A DNA stretch of 64,000 nt from Gracilinanus agilis (taxonomy: Eukaryota): the NCBI RefSeq assembly GCF_016433145.1, contig NC_058131.1:169678233-169742232 (forward strand), read 5' to 3'. Within the stretch, counting starts at the first letter, position 1, and each line of letters begins with the position of its first letter. The notes beneath the pieces were generated by a model, which had not been told where the DNA came from, searched no databases, and saw nothing but the letters and a program-made list of their open reading frames with translations. The position numbers and the translations under genes were made by a program. This document shows, piece after piece, positions 25,710 to 37,518 of the stretch.

Positions 25710-25742
25710 CAAATTCAGCAGAGGCCCCCCAGAATTCCCGTG
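25710..25742 (-). CDS. HTRA4: HTRA4 exon 5 (33-nt exon carrying the catalytic Ser)
   Basis: TAG|HGNSGGPLLNL|GTAAG; GNSGG trypsin-like nucleophile motif. Confidence 0.96.
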
Positions 25743-26685
25743 CTACAAGACAGAATTAGAAAAAGACAGTCACAAATCCCAAAGTACCCCCTCTAATCAA
25801 TTACTATATATATTTTCCTCCAAAAAGCAGGACTTTGCTTTTAGCTGCATCTGACTTTGGAGATAATAAGTTATGTTGCCAGAAGAATTCTTCTATAACA
25901 GATACCAACCCAATTAGAGCTGTGCTAAAATTCAGCACCTTTTTAAGTAATAACAAAAGAATCTAACACTTTTGTCTATCAGTTACCAATTGTCATACTT
26001 CAAAGATTTGAATGAATCAGTGTGGTACGCCCTTCACCAACACCCATCACAACTCCTTTACAAGACAGTAGAGACGGTCTTCATGAGTTGCTATGATTGA
26101 AAAATTCATCATTTTGTGGCCAGCCAGTGCCCTTGAGTACCATCTTATGGCCAAGCGTATACATCAGTCAATCAAACATTTATTAAATGGCTACTTTGAG
26201 CCAAGCACTGTATTATGTCCTAAGGATACAAAGATGAAAACAAGACAATCCCTGCCCCAACTAAGAACTTTGGAGTGGTGTTTGGGGCATTGAGAAATTA
26301 AGTGACCTGTCACAGTCATTTAGCCAAGATGTGCCCGAGGTGGGACTTGAATTCAGGGATCCCTGAATCTAAAGCCAGTTCTGTATCCATGACAACAAAT
26401 TTCAGGTAAACACGAAGCCATTCTACCTTAATAGGACCTGTTAGAACTTGTGATCCCCTGGCAAGACCTTCAAGAACCCAAAGTCACTTACATGCCACGA
26501 TGAAACTTCAAGACAAGACAGATGCTTGGTAAAAAGAAAAAATATATATTTAGAGACAATGCTCAGGATGGATTTAATTTCTGATGCTGAGGACCAGGTG
26601 CATTCTAGACATCAAGAAGTCCCCCAAAGAGGGAGAAGGAGAAAGATAGAAACTCTCTAGTTTTACATGATCAGAGTTGACTTAC

Positions 26686-26880
26686 ATTGATGATGGCATC
26701 AGTCTGGATGTAGTCTATGTCTGAGTCCTTTAGGCCCAGTTCTTTGCCTCCTCGTTGAGTGGTGCTGACGATTCCTGCAGTCACTGTATTCTGAAGGGAG
26801 AACGGGCTGCCTAGGGCCACCACAAACTCCCCTGCATGCAAGTTGGATGATCGTCCCAAGAACAAAACAGGAAGATCAGT
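26686..26880 (-). CDS. HTRA4: HTRA4 exon 4
   Basis: CAG|[65 protein letters not shown]|GTAAG; 195 nt. Confidence 0.97.
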
Positions 26881-28134
26881 CTGCAGAGAGGACAGGGGTA
26901 AAGTGAGGGAGGAATGGAAACGATACAACCAAGAGAAAAAATTGTTATTAGCTAGTGGTCATATACATATCTGTCTTTGCATGCAGCCCTGACATCACAG
27001 TAGCTTACAAACTAAAGCTCCCCCCACCCAAGGCTATCCAATAGTTCTCCCCTAACTTCCAACTGGGCTAGGCAATTGGAGTTAAGTGATTTGCTCAGGG
27101 TCTCACAGCATGGAAGTGTCTGAGGCAAAATTTAAACCCAGGACCTCCCAACTCCAGGCCTGGAGCTTTATCTACTAAGCTACCTAGCTGCACCTCAACA
27201 TTCACTTTTTATAAAATATTACTGACCATATCTGAGGAGTTACGGTTATTATACTGCAGTAATTACATTAATTAGTAAGTCTTCACCTAGCACTTAAGTA
27301 GGTTATGTAGAGGTAGAAACAAAGCACTTCTGCCCCCAAATCTGTGTTAGACTACAAAAGGTAAAGGAGATCACCCAGAATATGGAGTAGGTCAAGACGT
27401 CCGTAGGATAGCAAAATGGCCCAGTGTTCCCCACTGAATGAGGTATACTTTGTTCAACCATGCAGACTCCAGGCCATTCTTCAGGGAAGATGGATCCTTG
27501 AATCTGACTCCTTTTGGCAGAGAAACTATGGATTACTGATCAAGGGCCTTTATCACAAAATCATTGGTTCGGTTTAGGAATATATTCCTATTCTCCAAGA
27601 AAACCTCAAGGAACAGTTAATGGAAGAAGAGTGCCCTATTCACTGAATCTTTTTGGAAGAAGATAACCATAGGCTTCCTTGGCACCTGCTTTTCTAGTTT
27701 GAGTATCAGTAACGTCTAAATCATCTATATTTTATGATTTCCATAACAACCCAAACAACATCGAAAAGGATTAAGTGCCTACTATGTGCTCAGCACTGTG
27801 CGAAACACAAGGGATACAAGGAAAGATAAACAGTAATCCTTGCTCTCAGAAGCTCAACATCTTAGAGGGGATACAACATGCAAAAAATGATGTAAAAATA
27901 AGATATATATAGGATAAACTGGAGATTTAAAAACAAACATTTAAAACTCCCAAGAAGCAGCAAGGCCAAGGAAGGATGGGATCATTAGGCAGGGAACAGT
28001 ACACTGCATTAGATGTACAAATGGACTGAAGAGAGAAGAGAATTGAGAAGCAAGAAGGAAGCTCAATAGAAAGCATGTCATGAAGGTAGAAACTTTGAAA
28101 AAATAGGTTTATCTTTGAACTTGAGCATCCTTAC

Positions 28135-28339
28135 CACAGGCTCAATCTTGATGAGAGCAAGGTCAGTTTTTTGATCAATGTCTTTCACAGTTGCTTCATA
28201 TTTAGCTCCATTCTGGAGTTCCACATTGATCCGCTGCCGGTTAGTGAGGACGTGAGCATTGGTAACAATAAGCCCATCCTCCGAAACGATGAACCCTGAG
28301 CCACTGGATGCATGGGTATACTCACTGCTTAAAGGTGAC
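28135..28339 (-). CDS. HTRA4: HTRA4 exon 3 (catalytic His and Asp)
   Basis: CAG|[69 protein letters not shown]|GTAAG; 205 nt. Confidence 0.97.
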
Positions 28340-28899
28340 CTGAATCAATAAGATAATAGCATAAGAAGCAGAGAAAGCAACCTTGCCTTGCCCTGGGGTA
28401 TGGACATGTAGGTTGAGGGGTCCCCATTGCTTCTTCCACAGAGTGATCTCTCCCCATGTATCTCCTCTTGTCGTCCTGGCTTGCCAAACAATGGAGCCAC
28501 CTACCAGGGCAGCCCCTTGCCAACATCTGCTCTGCAGTCAAATTCAGACCATTCTTCATGGATGCCACCTACGGCCACCCCCCTCAGGGAATGTGCCCAA
28601 GGGGAGGCTCCTGGGAAGCAGATAGCAGTATGGCAGGGCAGTTAAATACCAGACTGCAAATTCAAGGACTGTGTGTTTTAAGCCTTACAATTTACTTTAA
28701 ATCCTTTTCTTAGTTTTCTGTCTGTAAAATAAGGATGACAAAATGATATGATGCAACCATTCGTGTGCTATAGGAAAAGGATAGCCACTATTTATGTGCA
28801 GGTAGAATAATCCAAGGATATGCTAGTAAATGGAGTTGGGGGGGGGTCTCCTTTCACACTTTTTAGTTTTATCTGCATCCTTAACATTTTCTTTATTAC

Positions 28900-29037
28900 T
28901 TTAAGTTTAGACAATAAACAGAACAATACATGAAGCTCTGATTTGTAGCATTCCAATTTCAAAAAAACAAACTCTCCTGTTGAAAATTTAACAATCAGCT
29001 CTTAGAACCAGTTCAACCTGGTTCCAGCACACGTCTG
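28900..29037 (-). mobile_element. MER63-like fragment
   Basis: ctctgatttgtagc...aaaatttaacaatcagctcttagaaccagttc..ccagcacac. Confidence 0.55.
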
Positions 29038-30887
29038 GCTCAGGGATCATGTGCAAGATATGAATATACTTTTTAGAGATCTTACTAGGATATAGGACTG
29101 AAGGGTTCTCCCAATGCTGCCCCAGACAGAAAGCCAAAAAGATGGACCGTGTTCAGTTCATAACGATGCTGGCGGTGTTTCAGCTCTTCACCTGCTCCAC
29201 TGGACTTCATTTTCATTTTCAATTCTTTTTTTTTAACCCTTACTTTCTAACTTAGAATCAATACTAAGTATCTGTTCCAAGGCAGAAAAGCAACAAGGGC
29301 TAGGTAATTGAGGTGAAGTGACTTGCCCAGGGTCACACAACTAGAAAGTGTCTGAGGCCAGCTTTGGACCCAGAACTCTCATCTCTAGGCCTGACTCTCT
29401 ATCCACTGAACCACCCAGCTATCCTTCCCATCTTGAATTCTTATTGATATGTGCAGCAATGTGCCAAATTGGAGAGAATGAGAGTCAGAAGAACTAGAAG
29501 TCCACAAGTCTACCACTTAGAGCAAAGAAATGACTTTGTGTCTCTGAGCCTCAGTTATCTAAAAACAGAAGTAACTACATCTTCCCAGGATTTTTTGTGA
29601 GGAAATCATTACATTTTCTTAATATCACAGAGGCTCAGGAAAATCCTCCTGTACCTTGTGTCTTTTAATTCTTTTAGTCTTTTAATTTAATTCTTTAGGT
29701 GTTTTCATTCTTCCCAGGCACTGTCCAGAAGGCACCTAAAATTATATTCCAATCACATGACTATGTCCTGTTGCTTTGGGAAGATTTGCCACATTGTGTA
29801 CTGTTTTAGCAAAGAAGAATAATTTTACATCTGAAGGGTTGTCATTAGATTTGTTTTAGTTGGAAACATAGGGCAGAACTTGGAGCAATCAGTGGGAGAC
29901 AGAGTTGGGCCCAATATGAGGAAAAGCTCCCTCATGATTAGATCTACCTCCAAATGCAATGAACTTCCTTGGGGGTGGAATAGACAGTGAGTTCTCTTTT
30001 TCTTTTTAAACCCCCACCTTCCATCTTAGAATCAATCCTAAGCATTGGTTCCAAGGCAGAAGATCAGCAAGGGCTAGGCAATGAAGGTTAAATGAAGAAA
30101 TGAATGGGACAAAATTTGAACCCAGGACTTCCTGTCTCCAGGTATGAATGACCAAGCTGCCCCAGGGAGTGGGTTTTCTGTTACTGGACGTGCAACAACC
30201 ACTGTCAGGATGTTATTGAGAGGATCTCCCTTTGCAGAGGAGTTGGACAGGATTTTACCCGGCATCTCACCCCCATTCTGTGTCTCATGATTTTGAATAC
30301 TATTGTTGGGAATAAGGCCTGGACCTGATCATGGAAATTCCTAATGGAAGAAAATCCCTCTCCCAGTGCAGATGAGCACCTTCTCTGCAACAGAGAATCT
30401 TAGAGAGTTAAATGACTTGTCCAGGATCATGCAGCCCGTATATGTCAGAGACAGGACTTGAAACTAGATCTAACTGGCATTGAGGCTGGCTCTCTCACCA
30501 CAACCATATGCTACATCTCTACCTTCTACATTTATAATAAGCATTTTACATTTTTATGGTAAATATTTTTTGAAATCCTAATGTATGGTGGATAGAAAGC
30601 CAGGCCTGGAGACCAGGGGGTCCTGTGTTCAGATTTGGCCTCTAACATTTCCTAGCTGTGTGATCCTGAGCAAGTCACTTAATCCCAATGCTTAACTCTT
30701 ATGGTTTTTTTGCCTTGGAACAGGTATTTAGTATTGATTCTAAGATGGAAGATAAGGGTTTTAAAAAACCCAACTACTATGTGCCAGCCACTGTGACAAG
30801 TGTTTGTAAAGTATAGCCCCCTTTTTTCAGAGTTCACAGTCTAACAAAGGAGACAATATGAAACAAGTATGGACAAACAGGCCATCT

Positions 30888-31125
30888 CTTGTCTCTCGTT
30901 CAGTCATGTCCAACTCTTCATGTCCCCAATGAAGGTTTTCTTGACAAAGATACTGGAATGGTTTGCCATCTCCTTCTCCAGCTCATTTTACAGATGAGGA
31001 AACTGAGGCAAACAGGATGAAGTGACTTGCCCAGGGTCACATAGCTAGTGTCTGAAGCCAGATTTAAACTCAAATCCTCCTAACTCCTGACTTGGTGTTC
31101 CCTCCACCGTACCACCTTGCTGCTC
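30888..31125 (-). mobile_element. Mar1-like CORE-SINE with RTE-derived tail
   Basis: ttcagtcatgtccaactcttcatg..ggtttgccatctccttctccagctcattttacagatgaggaaactgaggc; similar copies at ~40045-40265, ~52500-52745, ~56352-56590 (all +). Confidence 0.75.
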
Positions 31126-31655
31126 TCACAAACAAGCCATACAAAGAATAAAATGGAAGTAATTAAAAGAGAGAAGACCCTATAGTGGAGAGGGATTGGG
31201 AAGGGCTTCCTGTAGATTCTGTAGGATTTTAGTGGCAACCTTTACAGGCATTTCCATGCACACAATTCAGGTTATCCTCCATGTAACAGGGCACTTCCCC
31301 AAAGAATTTTCTCATCCCATTGATTGGAGAGCCCATCAAATTAACCAGGGAAATCTCTGTTAAATCTCCCTTACATCTGGTTTCCTAAAGCATCTCTATT
31401 TTGGTGAAGAAAGGGATGGAAAAGAAAGCTTTATTCCATCCATGACTTCCCACAGCAAGGGATTTGTCTCCTGGCCAGTTTCCAGTGTTAGTGATCCTTA
31501 ATGACAGCTGAATTCATTTCTACTCCCCCATACCATTAACAATCTCCACTCCTTGTTTACACTCTAGAAATTTTAATATATGTCCCTGGTATATTTAAAA
31601 AAGACACAGCTACCCCCGCCCCAGATCCCCACACCTCCACACCCTCACACATTAC

Positions 31656-31755
31656 CTGCGGAAGAGCTCCAAGTGTACCACAGATGGCGCCACCTTCTCC
31701 ACCACCTCAACGATGAAGTTATATTTGTCCCTGAGACTGTCTGGGCTTCTGGTCC
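31656..31755 (-). CDS. HTRA4: HTRA4 exon 2
   Basis: CAG|[36 protein letters not shown]|GTAAT; 100 nt. Confidence 0.96.
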
Positions 31756-32561
31756 CTGAGAATGAACGTAATCTTCTTGATGGTGTCTATGCTGGAGCAC
31801 ATCACATCAAGCAATCTCCAAACTACCCCTCACTATATAAAATGTGTCTCCTATTACTTTCCAGTGAGGTCTTCCATGCTTACAATCAATGAATAAGAAC
31901 TGGTTAACCACATTTTAGACAGAAAATGTAACAGAGCAGAAAAAAACCCAAAATACTGGATTTGACATCATTGGTTGTTGTCATTCAGTTGCCTTCAGTC
32001 ATGTTCAACTCTGGATGCTACAAAGTGGAAGTGAGGAAGGACAGAATTCCAGGGATGATGAGGGGAGGAGAAGAGACAGCCTGTGCAAAAGCATAGATGG
32101 AAAAGACAGAAAGCCTGAAAAACATATTTGAGATAGAGAAAATAGGACAAGATAGACACATGAAGTGTGGAGGGTAGAAATGGGAATAAGACATTATCAA
32201 TCTGGAAAATATGAAGCCAGATTGTGAAAGGCTTCAAATTCCAGACAAAGGAGTTTGTATTTTCTCTTCTTTTCTTTTTTCTTTCTAGAAGCAATAGGGA
32301 GCCATTGTAGCTTAGGGAGCAAGAGAGGAATATGCTTAGACCTGAACTTAGGAATATCAAAATGGTAGCTATGTGGTGTAAAATAGATTAGAGATAGGAG
32401 AAACTGGAAGCAGGGAGGGGAATTAGGAGACCACCATAATAGTCCAAGAAAGAAATGGTTAGTGTCTGAACTGGGTAGCTGCTACATGATTGAAGATAAG
32501 GGAGTAATTTGAAATGATAAGGAGAAGGGGGGGGGGAGAGAGAGAGAGAGAGAGAGAGAGA

Positions 32562-32935
32562 NNNNNNNNNNNNNNNNNNNNNNNNNNNNNNNNNNNNNNN
32601 NNNNNNNNNNNNNNNNNNNNNNNNNNNNNNNNNNNNNNNNNNNNNNNNNNNNNNNNNNNNNNNNNNNNNNNNNNNNNNNNNNNNNNNNNNNNNNNNNNNN
32701 NNNNNNNNNNNNNNNNNNNNNNNNNNNNNNNNNNNNNNNNNNNNNNNNNNNNNNNNNNNNNNNNNNNNNNNNNNNNNNNNNNNNNNNNNNNNNNNNNNNN
32801 NNNNNNNNNNNNNNNNNNNNNNNNNNNNNNNNNNNNNNNNNNNNNNNNNNNNNNNNNNNNNNNNNNNNNNNNNNNNNNNNNNNNNNNNNNNNNNNNNNNN
32901 NNNNNNNNNNNNNNNNNNNNNNNNNNNNNNNNNNN
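32562..32935. other. Assembly gap (374 N) between (GA)n and (GGAA)n microsatellites
   Basis: N run flanked by gagaga.. (32536-32561) and gaaggaagg.. (32936-32982), inside an L2 relic in HTRA4 intron 1. Confidence 0.99.
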
Positions 32936-33419
32936 GAAGGAAGGAAGGAAGGAAGGAAGGAAGGAAGGAAAGAAGGAAGGAAGGAGATAAGATCCAAATT
33001 ATTTTGGAGAGAGAATATGAGAGAAGTCTAAGAGGATAAAAAGATATAGCACTGGAAGACTCAGCAAGAAGCATAGGAAAAGAGAAAAGAGCTGAGATAC
33101 AATGGGGGAAATGAGGCCAGATAGACCTAGACAGCTAGATGGTGCAATGGATAGAGGGTTGGACTTGGGGTAAGGAAGACTGTGACCACCAGCGTGTCAT
33201 TTAACCTCTTTCAGCCTCAGTTTCCTCATCTTAAAATGAATACAATAATAATATCTACCTCCCAGGATTGTGGTGAGAATCAAATGAGATGGTATGAGAA
33301 AAGCTCTGTTTGAATGCTAGACGTCGGACCTAATTGATAGATTCAAATGAGGAAGTGGATGTGAAGTCTCTATACAAGGGGAAAAGGTGCTTAACAAAGG
33401 ATCATTTAAGAATCTGGTG

Positions 33420-34160
33420 GATTACTCAGGCGGACCGAGAATGGGGAATGAGGACTGATAGAAAGACCTAGTGGTGCTGGAACAGGGGTCAGGAGAGGAC
33501 TGGACCCTGTAGTCGAGCTCACCTGGGTTGCCACAATTTCCCTTCTCCACGGGCACCGCCGGAAGACCGCCTCGGAGGCGGGCGACTCGGTTCTCTGCCC
33601 GGAGCGCGCAGAGACTCTGATAAGAGCGGCCGTCGTTGCCACAGACCCGGACCTCGGAAGCCCCGCAAACACAGATTCCGAGCTGAACCCGGTTCTTGAG
33701 GGTCCGGGTCACGCGGCAGCGCAGCCCTGGGGCGCAGGGTCGGCTCCAAGGGCCCCCGCACATTTCTCCTTCCCCGGCAGCGCACACCAGGCAGCAGTTA
33801 CAACGGTCCGGCTGTGGGGACGCCCCCATGGGGCAGTCTGGAAGTGGGGGACAGCGGGTCAGCTCGCAGGTGGGTGGGCAGGAGGTCGGGGTCCAGGGCC
33901 GTCTAGCCTGGATCCAGGGCATCTCTACCGTGGACAACAACAGCAGTACAAACGGGAGAGGACGGATCTTCCCAGCACCCAGCGCCCAAACAGCCATCTC
34001 CCTCTCTCCTTACTTTCTCCTTCACTTTTTCTACTATTTCAGTTTCCCCGAGCACCCAATCCAGTAAAGGTCTTATGGCAAGGAACATCCCCGCCAGGCC
34101 TCTGCCCAACGGTGCCAGCCTTTAGCTTTTAAACCGTTGAATCCCAGGAGGGCGGGGTCT
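33420..34160 (-). promoter_or_regulatory. HTRA4 CpG-rich exon 1 / proximal promoter
   Basis: CpG-rich; GC box GGGCGGGG 34150-34157; TATA-like TTTAAAAG on the minus strand at 34126-34133. Confidence 0.65.
33523..33997 (-). CDS. HTRA4: HtrA serine peptidase 4 exon 1 (signal peptide, IGFBP-like and Kazal domains)
   Basis: ATG at 33997; Cys-rich CPPTCELTRCP..DRCNCCLVCAAGEGEMCGG..VCGNDGRSYQSLCAL..GNCGNP-G|GTGAG; 475 nt, phase 1. Synteny with PLEKHA2/TM2D2 identifies the paralogue. Confidence 0.95.
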
Positions 34161-34294
34161 GGTTGAACCCTTCTGGCTGACCCTTCCTTCCCTCCTCCCT
34201 CCCCCCAAAACACACATTTGCTCCCTCTTGTCACTCCCTCTCTCCCCACCCCATCCCAAGGGAGAAAAGAGTTCTCAGTATCCCTAAAAATCTA

Positions 34295-34760
34295 GCCCCT
34301 CAGGAAAGTCACTTTAGCAGCTGAGCGGAGGATGGATTGGAGAGAAGAGAGATTTAAGGCAGGGAGGCCAACCAGAAGATTGCAATAGACCAGGCGAGGA
34401 GTAATGAGGTCCCCGTGGCTGTGAGTGGAGAAAAGGGGGAGCTGGGAGAGGAGACATGTAAAGGTAGAAATGGCAAAGCTTAGTAAGAGCTTCACTATGG
34501 AGAGTGAGGAGACAAGAATAATGCCAGTGTGTGGGCCAGAGTGATGGGAGAGATTGTGATGCCTCAACAGTAATAAGAAAGGCTTGAAGAAGAGAGGGTT
34601 TGGGGAAATTTTTAATGAGTTCTGTTCTTGGGTGTGTTGAATTTGAGATATCCAAAATGCAACTGGTGACTTGGGACTAGAGTTCAAGAGAGAGACTAAG
34701 GCTAGTGTTATAGGTAGATCTGGGAACAGACCTGAATCATCTGCATAGAGATGATAATTA
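34295..34760 (-). mobile_element. L2 RT C-terminal relic immediately upstream of HTRA4
   Basis: Translation ITPRLVYCNLLVGLPALNLSSLQSILRSAAKVTF resembles the L2 motif SRLDYCNSLL.GLP..LQ...AAR. Confidence 0.75.
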
Positions 34761-36110
34761 AACCCAGGAAATCATGAGTTAAATAATAATCATAATTAAA
34801 CCACGGGATCTCCAGATGAGATGGTATCAGTTTGTATAGGGAGCCTCTTACCCAGGAAGAGAATTCAGATTCTCTGATTTAAAATTCCAGCAACAATGAA
34901 TATGAATCAATTCGAGAGGCTGAATATCCACATGAAGCACACAAGATAAGGAACTAATTCTAGAATCCCAGACTTTCAGAATCGAAAAGAACTCTAGAAC
35001 TCATCCAAAGGCATCATTTGACAGGATTCTAACTGCTATGTAACCTTGAATAAGTCACTTCATTTAATCTTTCTGTTTTTCTATTTCTTTTCTATAAAAG
35101 GAAAAGGGCACTGGATTAGATGGCAAAGGTCATTTTAGCTTGAAATTTGAGACTGAAGAAATTGACTTTCTCAAGATCATACAATTTACTAGAATCCAAG
35201 CCTCTTCATTGAAAAGCAAATGGTCCTCTCAGAATGCTTCACTATTTAAGAGATATTCCTCCACTAGTTTGAGAAGTTGCCCTCACAGAGATTTGTTTCT
35301 TGCATCTTAAATCAGATTACTAGACACTGTAGTAGTCCAAAATCTGAATCGGATATTTTTGCCGGCCTTTTCTCCAAGTATATAATTCTGGCCCCCTAGC
35401 ACAAGGAGTACAAACCCTAGCTTGGCTAGCATTGGTCGAGTCATGTCATTTCTATGTGCCTCAGTTACCTCCCTAGGAATTATTTTCTGATTGTCTTTTG
35501 ATGGAAGGGATTTTTCATGTTGATGAAATCATTTTTCTTTTACTCTTTTAAATTTTAAAAATTTACTTCTTAATTAGGTAGGAAGTTCCATGTCATTGCA
35601 GATCTTCAAGCAGAACCTGGAGGTCAACTGGAAGAGTTGTTGTAGAAGGGTATTCGGGCTTTTGTTGAAGGTTGATAATTGAGGTCTCTTTCAGTCCTGA
35701 GATTCTGTGATTCTATCATTTTAAGAAAAAACACTGGAGCACCGCCTAGCTATATGGCCCCGGGCAAGTCACTTAACCCCATTTGTCTAGCCCTTAACAC
35801 TCTTCTGTTTTAGAACTGATACTAAGAAGGAAGGGGAAGATTTAAAAAAAAAAAAAAAAAAAAAAAAGGAAAAGGAAAAACTTCAGCTAGAGAGACCCTT
35901 CCCTTACAGCTCTGTTTTTTCCCCCTGCTAGCCTTTGATGAATTAAATTGAATTGGAATGCAGTTTGGTACCTGTGAACTCCTGAAACAGGCAGGTAGAT
36001 GTCTTGGATTACCTTGAAAGGTGTCCCTGTATATGTCAAGTGAGTTACTGCTGGTCAAATAGAAGGTTCAAGAAGACTACCACAGCTCACACAGCAACAC
36101 ATCACATGAT

Positions 36111-36116
36111 TTTATT
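36111..36116 (-). terminator. Candidate distal PLEKHA2 polyadenylation signal
   Basis: Minus strand ..GTTTTATAATAAAATCATGTGATGTGTTGCTGTGTG: AATAAA with U-rich upstream and GU-rich downstream elements. Confidence 0.5.
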
Positions 36117-36259
36117 ATAAAACAACAACAACAACAACAAAGCAGTTATCGAAAAGTATTTCTGCAATGGTGCCTCGTAAAAAGCACCAGTTTTCATGCA
36201 GTTCTGGTACTGTGTTTACAGTAGGTACATTTCAAAGCTGAGACCTTTCCTGGAAAAAC

Positions 36260-36260
<1 letters not shown>

Positions 36261-36292
<32 letters not shown>
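36261..36292 (+). repeat. (CA)n microsatellite
   Basis: acacacacac..; also (CAA)n ~36121-36140. Confidence 0.95.
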
Positions 36293-36293
<1 letters not shown>

Positions 36294-37091
36294 AATCATG
36301 CCACAGTCTCTTAGACCACAAGCAGTTTCAACAGATTCAGTGGAAGGGAGGAGGGCTAGAGGAACTGTTTGTGCCAAATGTCCACTTCATTTAATTTTAA
36401 AACTAGACACAAATTACTGGGATGTTTACTGCGGACAGTGAAACAAACATAAAGGAAATATAAAAGGAAGGGAGAAAAAATAAACAGCAGAAGTAAAAAG
36501 TGACAGCATTACTTAAAAGAGAGTCAGCTTAGTGACACACTTTGTAGAATGTTGGACTTGGGAGTCTGGAGACTCGAGTTTGACTTCTGCCTCAGACAGT
36601 TCCTAGCTGGGTGATCCTAAGCAAGTCACTCTCTGTGCCTCAATCTTCTCATCCATAAAATGTGGAAATTGGATTTAATGGCCTCTGAAATCCCATCTAG
36701 TTCTAATATTATGATGCATTTCTCATATGTCACTATCCGACGCTGTTCCTTATACTTCATGTACTCCTATAGCCCAATCAAGAACCAACCCTCTAACATA
36801 TGCCGCTTTTGTATTAATCCTCTCAGAAAGTGTCAAATAAATTTCAGGGTAGTGGCATCAGCATCTGGCAACCAGTTTCCCACTTAAATTTGTGATGTGA
36901 TCTTAGGCAAGTTACTCGTTATGTTCATCTGAAAAATAGAGATGGTATAATAATTGTTCACTTTCAGATTTGTAAAGCTCTTTGATTATAAAATTTGATC
37001 CACACAATTATGTGAAACGAATGTTTTATTATCTCCATTTTATAGTTAGGGAAACTGAGGCTACATCGCTTGCCCATGGCCACTTACCTAG

Positions 37092-37518
37092 TGTTAAGGT
37101 CCGAATGGATTGCCACCCAAGGAGCACACGGAGACAATGCAATCCAAGCAAAGGGAAGTCTTTATTTCTAGTGCTCGCTAGGGGAGCTCAGCAAAGGAGT
37201 TCCAGGGGGGCATAGTCAGAGTAAAGATTTATATATGTTTGGGGTGGCTGGTATCGGCAGACTCAGGGGTGCCCTGTATGTAGTTCTTGAAGTAGCCTTT
37301 GTAGTTAGTGGTTTTGGGCTGTCTCCCCAAGCATGTAGGGTCTTTATGCTACATTTGGGAGCCTAATAACACCCTATTGTTAGTGACCATGGATTTCTCT
37401 AAGACATCCTGACCTGTTAGTAACTTTAGGTTTCTCGGAGCCATCCTGATCGGGGAGTCCCTAGCTTGTGTTTGCTTGTGATTGCTTAGTTTCTGTATCA
37501 TAACTTTGGGGTTCTACA
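37092..37518 (-). mobile_element. Solo LTR (427 bp) inserted into a MIR
   Basis: TG...CA termini; perfect 5-bp TSD CCTAG (37087-37091 and 37519-37523); minus-strand TATAAA 37228-37233 and AATAAA 37161-37166; the MIR resumes on both sides. Confidence 0.85.

Noticed and set aside
25710-25742. His instead of Tyr before GNSGG in HTRA4
   Set aside because: The catalytic Ser motif is intact, and I recall rodent Htra4 also having NHGNSGG, so this is not evidence of novelty or inactivation.
32388-33074. Long ORFs of 158-228 aa
   Set aside because: Artefacts of the N gap and the flanking microsatellites.
33406-34067. Several 88-123 aa ORFs overlapping HTRA4 exon 1
   Set aside because: Alternative-frame or antisense ORFs expected in GC-rich coding DNA.
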